The notes under the pieces are model-generated. The model was not told where the DNA came from and made no database searches. It saw only the letters and a list, made by a program, of their open reading frames with translations. This document shows, one piece after another, positions 48,940-59,535 of a stretch of 64,000 bases of DNA. Every line of letters begins with the position of its first letter. Within the stretch, counting starts at the first letter, position 1. Both the position numbers and the translations under genes were made by a program. The DNA is from Candidatus Odinarchaeota archaeon (GTDB taxonomy: Archaea; Asgardarchaeota; Odinarchaeia; Odinarchaeales; Odinarchaeaceae), in NCBI GenBank assembly GCA_016839265.1, contig JAEOUO010000002.1, positions 68,778 through 132,777 of the forward strand. The letters are read 5' to 3'.

Positions 48940-49643
48940 AAATCGCTATAATTCAATTCCCTGGATCCAATTGTGAATACGATGCTTTGCACGTGTTAAA
49001 AAACGTGTTTAGACAGGATACTCATCTTGTATGGCATAAAGATTTTAACAGCGGAGACTTCGACGCTGTTATTCTCCCTGGCGGATTCTCTTACGGTGAT
49101 CATCTCAGAGCCGGTGTAATCGCAGCTTACAGTCCAGCTATGCGGCATGTCAGGGAAATGGCGGCTGAAGGTAAACCTGTTCTCGGAATCTGTAACGGCT
49201 TCCAGATATTAATTGAATCAAAACTATTAGACGGTGCTCTTCTTCAAAATAATTGTTTAACCTTTGTCTGTAAATGGGTGAACCTCCGTGTTGAGACTAC
49301 GCGTACACCTTTCACCAAGTTTATTAATGAATCCTCTATTCTCAGAATACCTATAGCTCATAAAGAAGGTAGATATGTTAACACTCGTAGAAGAATCAAG
49401 GAGTTATACGATAACGATCAAATAGTATTCAAATACGTTGATGAAAATGGTTTCGAATCCAGTGATTCTAATCCTAACGGGTCAATGGATAATATCGCTG
49501 GTATATGTAATCTAGACGGGAATGTGGTTGGATTAATGCCGCATCCTGAACGGGCTTCTGAAACGATTCTCAGCCCTTATAAAACCGAGCACGGTCGTTT
49601 AATCTTCGAATCGCTTATAAAATATTTTAACGGTGGTCGTTGA
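48936..49643 (+). CDS. purQ: FGAM synthase glutaminase subunit
   Basis: Class I GATase with catalytic GICNGFQIL and the C-terminal HPER motif. 235 aa. Confidence 0.85.
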   Translation: MKIAIIQFPGSNCEYDALHVLKNVFRQDTHLVWHKDFNSGDFDAVILPGGFSYGDHLRAGVIAAYSPAMRHVREMAAEGKPVLGICNGFQILIESKLLDGALLQNNCLTFVCKWVNLRVETTRTPFTKFINESSILRIPIAHKEGRYVNTRRRIKELYDNDQIVFKYVDENGFESSDSNPNGSMDNIAGICNLDGNVVGLMPHPERASETILSPYKTEHGRLIFESLIKYFNGGR

Positions 49644-51872
49644 ATGACTTTTATTGACGGTGTTAAAGTGAACCTTACAGAGGAAGAAGTTGAAAAAGCT
49701 AAAACTCTTCTAGGCCGTGACCCGAATCAAGTTGAAGCAGGTATGATTGATGTAATGTGGTCTGAGCACTGTTCTTATAAATCTTCTAAACCTTTCCTTA
49801 AACAATTACCTAAAGAAGGTCCTAGAGTACTTGTAGGTCCAGGTATGGATGCAGGTGTCATCGATATTAACGACGGGGATGTGGTTGTCTTCAAAGTTGA
49901 GACACATAATCACCCTTCCGCTATTGAACCGTATAATGGTGCGGCTACAGGTATAGGTGGTATTGTCCGGGATATTCTATGTATGGGCGCTCGCCCTATC
50001 GCGTTATTCGATAATCTTAGATTCGGTAAACTTCGTAGCAATCACTCTAAATGGCTTTTCGAATATGTTGTGAAAGGTATAAGCGACTATGGTAATTGTA
50101 TCGGTGTGCCGACTGTCGGAGGGGATGTTGAATTCGACGACAGTTATGAGAATAATTGTTTAGTTAATGTAGGCTGCATCGGATTAGCTAGGCGGGAGGA
50201 GATAGCTTTAAGCGTGGCTAAAAACATCGGTGATATTCTAATATTGATGGGGGGCTCCACAGGTAGGGATGGGATACACGGTGTAACTTTCGCTTCCCGT
50301 GTTTTAACAGAGGAGTCTGAAGCTGACAGACCGGCTGTTCAAATAGGTGACCCCTTCACTAAGAAACTTATTATTGAAGCTACTTTAGAAGCGTTGAAAA
50401 CCGGTTACGTCACTGGTTTAAAAGATTTAGGAGGGGGAGGTTTAACCTGCGCAGCTTCCGAGATGTCAGGTGCAGGGGGAACAGGAGTTGAAATAGATCT
50501 TGACAAGGTTTTCTTAAGAGAAGAGAATATGATACCCTATGAAATAATGATATCTGAATCTCAGGAGCGTATGCTTTTCGTAGTTAAACCGGAGGGTGTG
50601 GATAAAATAACTCGGATATTCGATAAATATGAGCTCTCTTACAGTATTATTGGAAGAGTTGATGGATCTCAGAAAGTTAACGTTTATAAAAACGGTCAAC
50701 TTGTAGCTCAAGTTCCTTCTAGAATGTTGTCTGATCCGCCTGTTTTAAACAGACCTGTTAAACGCCCATCTTATATAGATCAACTAGCAGAGGTATCAGC
50801 GCCTCCTACTCCTTTAAACTTAGCTGATGTTGTTTACAAACTTGTAGGATCCCCGAATTTAGCGTCTAAAGCATGGGTTTACCGTCAATACGATCATGAG
50901 GTTGGTGATAGAACTGTTATTAAACCAGGTCAAGCGGATGCAGCTGTTCTGAGAATTCTAGGTAAGAATAAAGCTATAGCAGCTAAATCAGATGCAACCC
51001 CCAGTCACTCTTATCTTGACCCTTATAACGGTGGTGCAGGTGCTTTAGCTGAATCATGCAGGAATATCGCTGTTACAGGAGCTGAACCTTTAGCATGGGT
51101 GGATTGTTTAAGCTTCGGTAACCCTGAGAATCCGGAGGTTTTATGGTGTTTCAACGAAACTATTAAAGGTTTAACCGACTATGCTTTAAAATTAAATATC
51201 CCCTGCATAGGCGGTAATGTAAGCTTCTATAATGAAGACCAGGTAAGCGCTCGCGTTGTTAAACCTTGCCCTGTAGTTCTCACAGTCGGCTTAATAGAAG
51301 ACTGCTCATATATTACTACTATGAGTTTTAAACAACCCGGTGATAGAATTCTTATGATCGGTTTAACTTATCGTGAAATGGGTGGTTCTGAATACTATAC
51401 GTTTTATCATAATATTCAAGGCGGTCGTGCGCCTGTCGTAAACCTTGATCTTGAAGCAGTTACATTGAAAACAGTTTTAAAAGCTGTTAGAACAGGTAAA
51501 ATTTCAGCAGCGCATGACTGTTTCAGGGGTGGTATAGCTGTAAGCTTGATTGAAATGGGTATGGAGAATAATCTTTCAGCTAGTGTTAACTTAGACGGGT
51601 TAAGTGACCTTGATTTAAAATTTGATGAGCTTTTATTCTCTGAAAGTCACAGCCGTTACATTCTCACGACTAGAGAAGAATATTTAAATGATATTATTGA
51701 AATCTTCACTCAAAATAATATTCCAGTTAAAGAAATAGGTGTGGTTACTGATTCAGGTAGATTTGAATTCGAATATAAGAATAGAAGGGTATCCTGTTCT
51801 ATGAGTAAGCTTAGAAAACTATATTATGAGACGATACCCAAGTATATGGGTGTTACTGAATGGATGAAGTGA
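49644..51872 (+). CDS. purL: FGAM synthase II (small PurL)
   Basis: 742 aa with duplicated PurM-like ATP-binding domains (DAGV...VVFKVETHNHPSAIEPYNGAATGIGG). Confidence 0.9.
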   Translation: MTFIDGVKVNLTEEEVEKAKTLLGRDPNQVEAGMIDVMWSEHCSYKSSKPFLKQLPKEGPRVLVGPGMDAGVIDINDGDVVVFKVETHNHPSAIEPYNGAATGIGGIVRDILCMGARPIALFDNLRFGKLRSNHSKWLFEYVVKGISDYGNCIGVPTVGGDVEFDDSYENNCLVNVGCIGLARREEIALSVAKNIGDILILMGGSTGRDGIHGVTFASRVLTEESEADRPAVQIGDPFTKKLIIEATLEALKTGYVTGLKDLGGGGLTCAASEMSGAGGTGVEIDLDKVFLREENMIPYEIMISESQERMLFVVKPEGVDKITRIFDKYELSYSIIGRVDGSQKVNVYKNGQLVAQVPSRMLSDPPVLNRPVKRPSYIDQLAEVSAPPTPLNLADVVYKLVGSPNLASKAWVYRQYDHEVGDRTVIKPGQADAAVLRILGKNKAIAAKSDATPSHSYLDPYNGGAGALAESCRNIAVTGAEPLAWVDCLSFGNPENPEVLWCFNETIKGLTDYALKLNIPCIGGNVSFYNEDQVSARVVKPCPVVLTVGLIEDCSYITTMSFKQPGDRILMIGLTYREMGGSEYYTFYHNIQGGRAPVVNLDLEAVTLKTVLKAVRTGKISAAHDCFRGGIAVSLIEMGMENNLSASVNLDGLSDLDLKFDELLFSESHSRYILTTREEYLNDIIEIFTQNNIPVKEIGVVTDSGRFEFEYKNRRVSCSMSKLRKLYYETIPKYMGVTEWMK

Positions 51873-53335
51873 AAGAGGCTTGCGGTGTAGTCGGCGTTTA
51901 CTCTTTAAGCCGTGATTTCAACGTAGCTCATCTACTATATGATGGTTTACTTATCTTGCAGCATAGAGGTCAGGAATCAGCTGGTATAAGCGTGCTCACC
52001 GGTAAAAGCATCCGCTCCATTAAAGGGATGGGTGGAGTTGATGAAGCTATACCTGAAGAAAGCTTGGCTAAATTATTCGGTAATATAGGTATAGGACACA
52101 CCAGGTACTCTACAGCAGGCTCCAGTAATGAAGCTAATATTCAACCTTACACTATTGATATAGGTGACACACAGTTCGCTTTAGCCTTCAACGGTAATAT
52201 TACAAATCATTTAGAGCTTAAAAAAAACCTCATACGCCGCGGGCACACTTTTACATCAGACGCAGACACTGAAGTTATCGCTCATCTTATGATATCTTAT
52301 CTACTAGAATCTGATTTAAACTATAATAAAGCGATTGAACGAACTATGGAGCTTCTTGAAGGAGCTTACTCTCTTGTATTAATAAATAACAGCGGTCAGC
52401 TTTACGCGATCCGGGACCCTCTCGGCTTCAGACCTTTATCTATAGGTGAACTAGATAAAGGCTCTTATGTTATCTCATCTGAAACCGTGGTTTTCGACAT
52501 TCTTGAAATAAATTATCTCCGTGATATTCAACCGGGTGAAATTCTATTAATCAACAACGGTCGCCTTGAACCACGCCGCGTATTCGAGTCATCTAATTCA
52601 GCTCAACCCACCGCTCACTGCATGTTCGAATACGTATACTTTGCTAGACCTGATTCGATTGTTAACGGTATCTCCGTTCATGATGTTCGTATGAAACTTG
52701 GTATGAATTTAGCTAAATTTCACCCTGTGGAAGCGGATGTCGTGGTGCCGATACCGGATTCAGGTAGAGTCGCCGCGATCGGATACTCTCAACAATCAGG
52801 TATCCCTTTAGTTGAAGGGCTTATAAGGAACAGGTCTATTTGGCGTACATTTATACTTCCATATCCTGAGCTTCGTGAAAGATATGTGAAATTGAAGATT
52901 AACCCTGTTAAAGAGGCTATTAAAGGGAAGAGAGTGGTTTTAATCGATGATAGTATTGTTAGAAGTACAACGTCAAGGCGTATAGTTAACATTGTCAGAA
53001 AGGCTGGAGCTAAAGAAGTTCATTTCAGAGTAAGCTGTCCGCCTATAATCTCACCCTGCTATATGGGGATTGATTTTCCGCGTAAAGAGGAGCTTGTAGC
53101 CGCTAATAAATCAGTTGAAGAGATAAAAGAAGAGATAGGGGTTGACAGCTTAGGTTATCAGCCTTTAGAAGGTTTAATTGAGGCTATCGGTCTTGATCGA
53201 AGCCGTCTTTGTATGGCTTGTCTTACAGGATTCTACCCGAATATGAAAGCTAAGAATATTAAACAGAAAAAACTTATACATAAAGAGAATGGTGGTTTTA
53301 TTGATGAAAGTTCTCTTAATCGGTCAAGGTGCTAG
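51860..53335 (+). CDS. purF: Amidophosphoribosyltransferase
   Basis: N-terminal nucleophile region ACGVVGV, the PRTase loop VVLIDDSIVRSTTS and the C-terminal Cys cluster (CMAC). Confidence 0.9.
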   Translation: MDEVKEACGVVGVYSLSRDFNVAHLLYDGLLILQHRGQESAGISVLTGKSIRSIKGMGGVDEAIPEESLAKLFGNIGIGHTRYSTAGSSNEANIQPYTIDIGDTQFALAFNGNITNHLELKKNLIRRGHTFTSDADTEVIAHLMISYLLESDLNYNKAIERTMELLEGAYSLVLINNSGQLYAIRDPLGFRPLSIGELDKGSYVISSETVVFDILEINYLRDIQPGEILLINNGRLEPRRVFESSNSAQPTAHCMFEYVYFARPDSIVNGISVHDVRMKLGMNLAKFHPVEADVVVPIPDSGRVAAIGYSQQSGIPLVEGLIRNRSIWRTFILPYPELRERYVKLKINPVKEAIKGKRVVLIDDSIVRSTTSRRIVNIVRKAGAKEVHFRVSCPPIISPCYMGIDFPRKEELVAANKSVEEIKEEIGVDSLGYQPLEGLIEAIGLDRSRLCMACLTGFYPNMKAKNIKQKKLIHKENGGFIDESSLNRSRC

Positions 53336-54605
53336 AGAGCATGTTATAGCTGAAAGCGTGGTTAAAAGCAACGGGGTTTTATACGCTTATATGAAGACAC
53401 GTAACCCTGGTATAGCTAAACTTTCTAAAGAGGTTAAAATAGGCTCACTTAACGATTTTAATAATATAGTTGATTTCGCTAAAAAAGTAGATTTCTGTAT
53501 TATCGGCCCTGAAGATCCTTTAGCTGAGGGTGTGGTTGACAGGCTTGAAGACGCAGGGATTCCTTGTATAGGCCCTCACAGTTCAACGGCTAGATTAGAA
53601 TCAAGTAAATCTTTTACACGTCTTCTTTTAACTAAGTATATGATTCCGGGTAACCCTGATTATAAAGTATTCGAAGATATGAATGATGTTAGGGAGTATC
53701 TTCAAACTCATAGTAATATTGTTGTAAAACCGGATGGTTTAACAGGCGGTAAAGGTGTGAAAGTTTGGGGTGAACATTTAAGTAATATAAATGAAGCTGA
53801 AACGTATATTAGAGAATTAATTGAGAAAGACGGTAAAGTTGTTGTGGAAGAGAAATTAGACGGTGAAGAATTCACGCTTCAAGCGTTCGTTGACGGTGTA
53901 AATGTAGTTGGCAGCCCTCTTGTTCAAGATCATAAAAGAGCTTATGAAGGTGATCAAGGCCCGAACACAGGCGGCATGGGTTCATATAGTTTTCCAGATC
54001 ACGGTCTCCCTTTCATAAATAGAGAGTATATACCGCAGGCTTTAGATATTTTAAAGAAGACTGTGAACGCTGTTAAAAAAGAGACCGGTATACCTTATAA
54101 AGGGATTTTATACGGTCAATTCATGCTTACAAGAAACGGGCTTAAACTTGTTGAATTTAACTGCAGGTTCGGGGACCCTGAGGCGATAAATATTTTACCT
54201 ATTCTAGAAACCAGTTTCACAGATATATGTCTAAGAATACTAGACGGGAATCTATCAGAGAAACACGTATTATTCGATGATAAAGCTACCGTCGTTAAAT
54301 ATCTAGCTCCGGTAGGCTACCCGGTGAGCCCGGTGCCTACTGAAGTGACGGTTAGCGAAGATGATATTAGAAAACTTGGGGGAAGAGTCTACTATGCGTC
54401 GGTTTCTGAGAAGGATGGGAAAATTTTAACAACAACTTCTAGAAGTATCGCGGTGTTAGGTGTAGGTTCAACGATAGAGGAGGCTGAGCGTATAGCTGAA
54501 AACTCTATATGCTATATCGGCGGAGAGTTATTCCATAGACGTGATATAGGAACCCGTAAACTGATTCAGAAGAGAATAGACCATGTTAAACAGCTTCTAA
54601 GTTAA
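53304..54605 (+). CDS. purD: Phosphoribosylamine-glycine ligase (GAR synthetase)
   Basis: N-terminal MKVLLIGQGAREH (PurD pattern MkVLviGsGgREha) and an ATP-grasp body. The internal ATG at 53304 is preferred over 53289. Confidence 0.85.
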   Translation: MKVLLIGQGAREHVIAESVVKSNGVLYAYMKTRNPGIAKLSKEVKIGSLNDFNNIVDFAKKVDFCIIGPEDPLAEGVVDRLEDAGIPCIGPHSSTARLESSKSFTRLLLTKYMIPGNPDYKVFEDMNDVREYLQTHSNIVVKPDGLTGGKGVKVWGEHLSNINEAETYIRELIEKDGKVVVEEKLDGEEFTLQAFVDGVNVVGSPLVQDHKRAYEGDQGPNTGGMGSYSFPDHGLPFINREYIPQALDILKKTVNAVKKETGIPYKGILYGQFMLTRNGLKLVEFNCRFGDPEAINILPILETSFTDICLRILDGNLSEKHVLFDDKATVVKYLAPVGYPVSPVPTEVTVSEDDIRKLGGRVYYASVSEKDGKILTTTSRSIAVLGVGSTIEEAERIAENSICYIGGELFHRRDIGTRKLIQKRIDHVKQLLS

Positions 54606-54627
54606 ATAAAACTTGAGGGGTGGGTGA

Positions 54628-55707
54628 TTGAAGCTAACTGTGTGGGATCTTGAAGGACCTATAAGCTACGTGGATTTCGCTGCTGATCTTTTTAAAAAAC
54701 TGGAGGAGAGATTAAACCGGTCTAATCTTGATTTATTCTATCAGATGATAAGCAACTATGATGATTATCTTATAGAGAACCCTCAAGTAATTCATTCACT
54801 AGGCGTGGAAAGCTATGAGCCTGGGGATACTCTGAGGCTTTTAGCACCTTTTTACGCTTATTACTTTACAGATGAAGAGCTTATAACTCTCTCTAAAAGT
54901 AATCCGGGTCTTATCCCCGGTAGTGTAGAAGTGTTTAAAAGATTATACGAGAGTTGGCGGGTATACGTTATATCTACAAGTTACACTCAACACGCATATA
55001 ATATTGCGTCTCTTATCGGGTTACCTTTAGAGAACGTGTACTGTACGGATTTCCCTGTGAAAGATTTAAAAAATACTTTAGGGGATATAACTTTCGCTGT
55101 TCAAATTTTAATCGACACTATTTTTCCTAAATATATCTCTGAAGGGTTAACCGGTGTATTAGACGATTTGAATGAATTCTTTTTTAAAACATGTTCAAAA
55201 TATACTGAAACAATGATGAAGGTTACCGTTAGAGGCGGTCGTAGAAAAGAGAAGGCGATGCTTGAAATAGCTGAAAAACACGGTTATCCTTTAAACCAGT
55301 TAATCGCGGTAGGGGACTCGATTACTGATATTAACATGTTGAAGCGTGTTAGAGATGAAGGGGGTGTAGCTGTAAGCTTTAACGGTAACCAGTACTCTGT
55401 TCCAAACGCTAATATTGCTGTAACCTCTCCTAACCAAATGGGATCCTATCTTTTATTCGAGAATTATGATCGGATCTGGGATTGGTTGCAGGAATGGTGT
55501 AGAGAATACCCTAACTTTAAAAACAATCCGGAGAGAATACCAAGCCACCTTATTTCAGAGTCTACTAAAAAATATTTTATTCAACATAATTTTATCCCTC
55601 GCATAGATGATTTAAGAGACGCGGATTCGAATTTAATTAACGAGGTTGTAAACGTGCAGAAGGATATGAGGAAAAAAGTTAGAGGATGGGTTGGAGTTTT
55701 AGGTTGA
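54628..55707 (+). CDS. HAD-superfamily-like hydrolase (putative phosphatase), embedded in the pur operon
   Basis: HAD-like motif I VWDLEGPI, motif II VYVISTS and motif IV AVGDSITDINML. Motif I is non-canonical (DLEG rather than DxDx[TV]), so confidence is low. Confidence 0.4.
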   Translation: MKLTVWDLEGPISYVDFAADLFKKLEERLNRSNLDLFYQMISNYDDYLIENPQVIHSLGVESYEPGDTLRLLAPFYAYYFTDEELITLSKSNPGLIPGSVEVFKRLYESWRVYVISTSYTQHAYNIASLIGLPLENVYCTDFPVKDLKNTLGDITFAVQILIDTIFPKYISEGLTGVLDDLNEFFFKTCSKYTETMMKVTVRGGRRKEKAMLEIAEKHGYPLNQLIAVGDSITDINMLKRVRDEGGVAVSFNGNQYSVPNANIAVTSPNQMGSYLLFENYDRIWDWLQEWCREYPNFKNNPERIPSHLISESTKKYFIQHNFIPRIDDLRDADSNLINEVVNVQKDMRKKVRGWVGVLG

Positions 55708-55720
55708 GGTCTGGAAAGGA

Positions 55721-56662
55721 GTGTTAAACTTGAAATTCGATTTAATATCAGTAGGAGCCTCTCTAATAGATTTAGTTGCTTTAGTTAACCGTTTCCCAGA
55801 ATCGGATGATGAAATTTATATTCCTGATTTAAGAATCGAGTACGGTGGTTCAGCGGCTAACACCGCTGTAGCTTGTTCAAGACTAGGTTTGAAAGTGGCT
55901 TTTCTAGGTAAAATCGGATTAGATTATTTTGGAGACTTAATATTGAAGAAATTCGCTGAGGAGAAAGTTGACACTTCTCTGATTCTAAGAACATCCGCTA
56001 CTCCTACAGGTTTATGTTTCATCGCTGTGGATGCAGCTGGGGATAGGAGAATGTTCGCTTTCTCTGGGGCGGCTAATCAACTATCTATTAGCGAGTTAAA
56101 TATTAACAGTCTTCTAGAATCTCGTTTAATATATATGGCTAGTCTTGAAAACACTGTTTTTCTAGCAGAGTTTTCGAAAAAGATTAGGGAGCACGGTTTA
56201 AAAACGGCTTTAAACCCTGGTGCTTTAATCGCGAACCAGGGTTTAGAGAAAGCTAAACCTATAATCGAAAACACGGATATCTATATTTCCTCTTATAATG
56301 AAGCTGTTAAAATACTACGTGTGGAAGGCTTAGATAATATTAAAAAAGTATTATTTAAGCAAGGTGTATCTAAGATCGCGATTACCTTAGGATCTGAAGG
56401 ATGTATGGTTGCTGATCAATCTGAAACTTATATGATTCCCGCTGTGAAAGTTAACGTGAAAGATACTACAGGCGCCGGTGACGCTTTCACTGCAGGTTTT
56501 CTCACAGGCTTATTAACTAGTAAACCTTTATTGGAAGCAGGTTTTATGGGGGTTTCAGCGGCTGCTTTAAAAATTCAACATATCGGTGCGCGGGGTGGTT
56601 TACCCAGCTTGCAGGAGCTTGAAAACTTTATGAAAGCTCATAGAGTAAAATATTTAACGTAA
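55721..56662 (+). CDS. PfkB/ribokinase-family carbohydrate or nucleoside kinase
   Basis: C-terminal anion-hole motif DTTGAGDAF and N-terminal GG dipeptide (YGGSAANTA). 313 aa. Confidence 0.75.
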   Translation: MLNLKFDLISVGASLIDLVALVNRFPESDDEIYIPDLRIEYGGSAANTAVACSRLGLKVAFLGKIGLDYFGDLILKKFAEEKVDTSLILRTSATPTGLCFIAVDAAGDRRMFAFSGAANQLSISELNINSLLESRLIYMASLENTVFLAEFSKKIREHGLKTALNPGALIANQGLEKAKPIIENTDIYISSYNEAVKILRVEGLDNIKKVLFKQGVSKIAITLGSEGCMVADQSETYMIPAVKVNVKDTTGAGDAFTAGFLTGLLTSKPLLEAGFMGVSAAALKIQHIGARGGLPSLQELENFMKAHRVKYLT

Positions 56663-56703
56663 TTGAACACTTATTTTTTAAAGTTAGTTGAGGAGGAGAT
56701 TAT

Positions 56704-57105
56704 ATGGGTGAAATAGATGTAGCGGTTTTAGCCGGCTCTAAATCTGATAGTGAAGTCGTTGAGAAAGTTACTTCTACGCTTGAAGAAGAGAAGATAAGTT
56801 ATGAAGTTAACTATATTAGCGCTCACCGTGAACCTGAGAAGCTTCGAGCTTATATTAAAGAAAACGATGAGCGGATTAAAATATATGTCTGCATCGCAGG
56901 GCTGGCTGCAGCTTTACCTGGAGTAGTAGCCTCTTACACGAGTAAACCTGTTATAGGTGTGCCTGTTTCAGCTAAACTAGGCGGCTTAGACGCTTTACTG
57001 TCTATTGTTCAAACACCTGCAGGGATCCCTGTAGCTACGGTTGGTATAGATAACGGTCGAAACGCTGCTCTACTAGCTAAAAGAATACTCAGCTTATCTA
57101 AATAG
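56704..57105 (+). CDS. purE: N5-CAIR mutase / AIR carboxylase catalytic subunit
   Basis: [10 protein letters not shown]...SAHR...[12 protein letters not shown] matches the PurE fold motifs. It is a short 133-aa form. Confidence 0.8.
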   Translation: MGEIDVAVLAGSKSDSEVVEKVTSTLEEEKISYEVNYISAHREPEKLRAYIKENDERIKIYVCIAGLAAALPGVVASYTSKPVIGVPVSAKLGGLDALLSIVQTPAGIPVATVGIDNGRNAALLAKRILSLSK

Positions 57106-57122
57106 TATAGGAGGATGAAAAA

Positions 57123-58478
57123 TTGTATGTTCACCCTATTGAATACCGGTATTTTTACCCTGAAATGAAGTCGCTGTTCACGGAAGAGTATCGTTTACAG
57201 AAATGGCTTGAAGTTGAAGCTGCTTTAGCTCAAGCTCACGCTGAAGTAGGCGATATCCCCCGTGAAGCAGCTGAAGAGATAACTAGGAAAGCCTCAGTTA
57301 AATATGTGAAGCTGGAGAGAGTTAAAGAAATAGAAGATCAAATCCACCATGATCTTATGGCTATGGTTAAAGCGTTCACAGAGGTTTGTGAAGGCTACGC
57401 TGGAGCTTACATTCATTTAGGCGCTACAAGTTATGACATAGAGGATACAGCTACCGCGCTTCAATTAAAAGATGCGATTAAAATAATTATGGAGGATTTA
57501 ATAAATTTAAAAAATGTAGTGGTGGATTTAGCGGATAAATATAAGTCTGTGATTTGTGTAGGTAGAACTCACGGTCAACACGCTTTACCAATCACTTACG
57601 GGTTAAAATTCGCTATATGGGCTTATGAAATTCACAGACATATAATTCGCTTAATGCAGTTGACACCCCGTGTTTTAGTCGGTAAAATGACTGGTGCTGT
57701 TGGAACTATGGCGGGTTTCGGAGAGAAAGGCTTTCAGATACAGGAACTGGTGATGAAGAAACTTGGGTTGAAACCTGCTGAAACATCGAATCAAATAGTT
57801 CAACGTGATAGAATAGCTGAGCTTATCTTGTTTACTAGTCTTGTAGCTGCTTCTCTTAATAAAATCGGTAAAGAACTTCGAAACCTTCAGCGAACAGAGA
57901 TAGGCGAGGTCTGGGAGGAGTTTAAGGAAACCCAGGTCGGTTCATCAACTATGCCTCATAAAAGGAATCCTCATAAATCTGAGAGAATATGCGGTTTATC
58001 GAGAATTCTCATCGGTAACGTTTTTCCTGCTCTTGAAAACGTTGCTTTAGAGCATGAACGTGACCTTACGAATTCAGCTCCGGAACGCATTATCATCCCT
58101 GAGAATCTGATTCTATTAGATTACATGCTTAAACAACTAACACAGATATTGAAAGGTTTAAAACTAGACGAGCAGAATATTACACGAAACCTCGGTTTAA
58201 CAAGAGGGTTTATAATGGCTGAAAAAATTATGTTAGAGTTGGTTAACAAAGGTTTAGGAAGACAGCAAGCTCACGAGCTTTTAAGAAAATGCGCTATGCA
58301 GTCGTGGAGTCAAAGAGTAGAATTTAAACAAGCTCTTTTAAATGAGCCTACTATTGCAAAAATAGTGTCATCGACTGAGCTAGATGAATGGTTGAATCCA
58401 GCAGCTTATATTGGAACAAGTGTTCAACAAGTAGAGAAAGCTGTAGCTGAACTGAGAGGCTATAAATATGAATTTTAA
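57123..58478 (+). CDS. purB: Adenylosuccinate lyase
   Basis: Fumarase/ASL signature GSSTMPHKRNP. 451 aa. Confidence 0.9.
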   Translation: MYVHPIEYRYFYPEMKSLFTEEYRLQKWLEVEAALAQAHAEVGDIPREAAEEITRKASVKYVKLERVKEIEDQIHHDLMAMVKAFTEVCEGYAGAYIHLGATSYDIEDTATALQLKDAIKIIMEDLINLKNVVVDLADKYKSVICVGRTHGQHALPITYGLKFAIWAYEIHRHIIRLMQLTPRVLVGKMTGAVGTMAGFGEKGFQIQELVMKKLGLKPAETSNQIVQRDRIAELILFTSLVAASLNKIGKELRNLQRTEIGEVWEEFKETQVGSSTMPHKRNPHKSERICGLSRILIGNVFPALENVALEHERDLTNSAPERIIIPENLILLDYMLKQLTQILKGLKLDEQNITRNLGLTRGFIMAEKIMLELVNKGLGRQQAHELLRKCAMQSWSQRVEFKQALLNEPTIAKIVSSTELDEWLNPAAYIGTSVQQVEKAVAELRGYKYEF

Positions 58479-59532
58479 AATGACGTATAAGAATGCGGGT
58501 GTAGATATTATTAAAGCGAAAGACGCTCATAAAAGAATCGGTCGGCTTATCGCCTCCACTTTCAACTTGAGAAGAAACCGGTTCGGCCAGCTTTTAAACG
58601 AGTACGGTCACTACGCTGCTCTCCTAGACATATCTGAAAGCTCCGCTATAGCTTTACACGCTGACGGTGTTGGTACAAAAGTGCTTCTCGCTCAAATGCT
58701 AGGTAAATATGATACTGTTGGAGTTGACTGCGTAGCGATGAATGTGAATGATCTAATATGTTGCGGAGCTGAACCTGTAGCTTTAGTCGACTACATCGCT
58801 TTAGAGTCATCTAACCCTCTGTTAGCTGAAGAGTTGGTTAAAGGTTTAGTTAAAGGAGCTAAAAAATCAGGTGCAGCTGTCGTCGGCGGGGAAACCGCTA
58901 TAATGCCTGATGTGATTAAAGGTGTGAAACCTGGATTCGGTTTCGATCTAGCAGCGCTCAGCGTAGGTGTTGTAGAGAAAAAAAATATTATTTTAGGGGA
59001 CGGTATTAAACCAGGTGATATAGTAATCGGTTTACCTAGCAGCGGGCCTCACTCGAACGGTTACACTCTGATTCGAAGGATTCTGGAAGCTAGAAAAATC
59101 CTGTTAGATTCGAAGCCTTTAAACGGTTCTAAAACCTTAGGTGAACTTCTTTTAACACCTACTAGAATATATGTTAAAGAGGTTTTGAAACTGGTTGAGA
59201 ACCGCCTCGTATCCGGTTTAGCTCATATAACCGGCGGCGCTTTCACCAAGCTTATGAGGTTAACTAAAAACAAACTCGGATTCCATCTTAAAATGCCTAA
59301 ACCCCCGGAGATATTTACGCTTATACAACAGTGGGGTAACGTGGACAGTTATGAAATGTATAAGACGTTTAATATGGGTGTAGGCTTCTGTATTATTACT
59401 TCTCCTGAAAATGAAAGCGAGGTTATTCGTTTATGCAGACGCCCAGGTTTGAAACCTGTAGTGTTAGGTTACGTGTTAAAGGAGCGGAAAGTAAAATTAG
59501 AGACGTATACAGGTGAAATCTTATCCTACTAG
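58468..59532 (+). CDS. purM: AIR synthetase
   Basis: HADGVGTKVLLA motif and PurM N- and C-domain organisation. 354 aa. Confidence 0.9.
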   Translation: MNFKMTYKNAGVDIIKAKDAHKRIGRLIASTFNLRRNRFGQLLNEYGHYAALLDISESSAIALHADGVGTKVLLAQMLGKYDTVGVDCVAMNVNDLICCGAEPVALVDYIALESSNPLLAEELVKGLVKGAKKSGAAVVGGETAIMPDVIKGVKPGFGFDLAALSVGVVEKKNIILGDGIKPGDIVIGLPSSGPHSNGYTLIRRILEARKILLDSKPLNGSKTLGELLLTPTRIYVKEVLKLVENRLVSGLAHITGGAFTKLMRLTKNKLGFHLKMPKPPEIFTLIQQWGNVDSYEMYKTFNMGVGFCIITSPENESEVIRLCRRPGLKPVVLGYVLKERKVKLETYTGEILSY

Positions 59533-59535
59533 AGG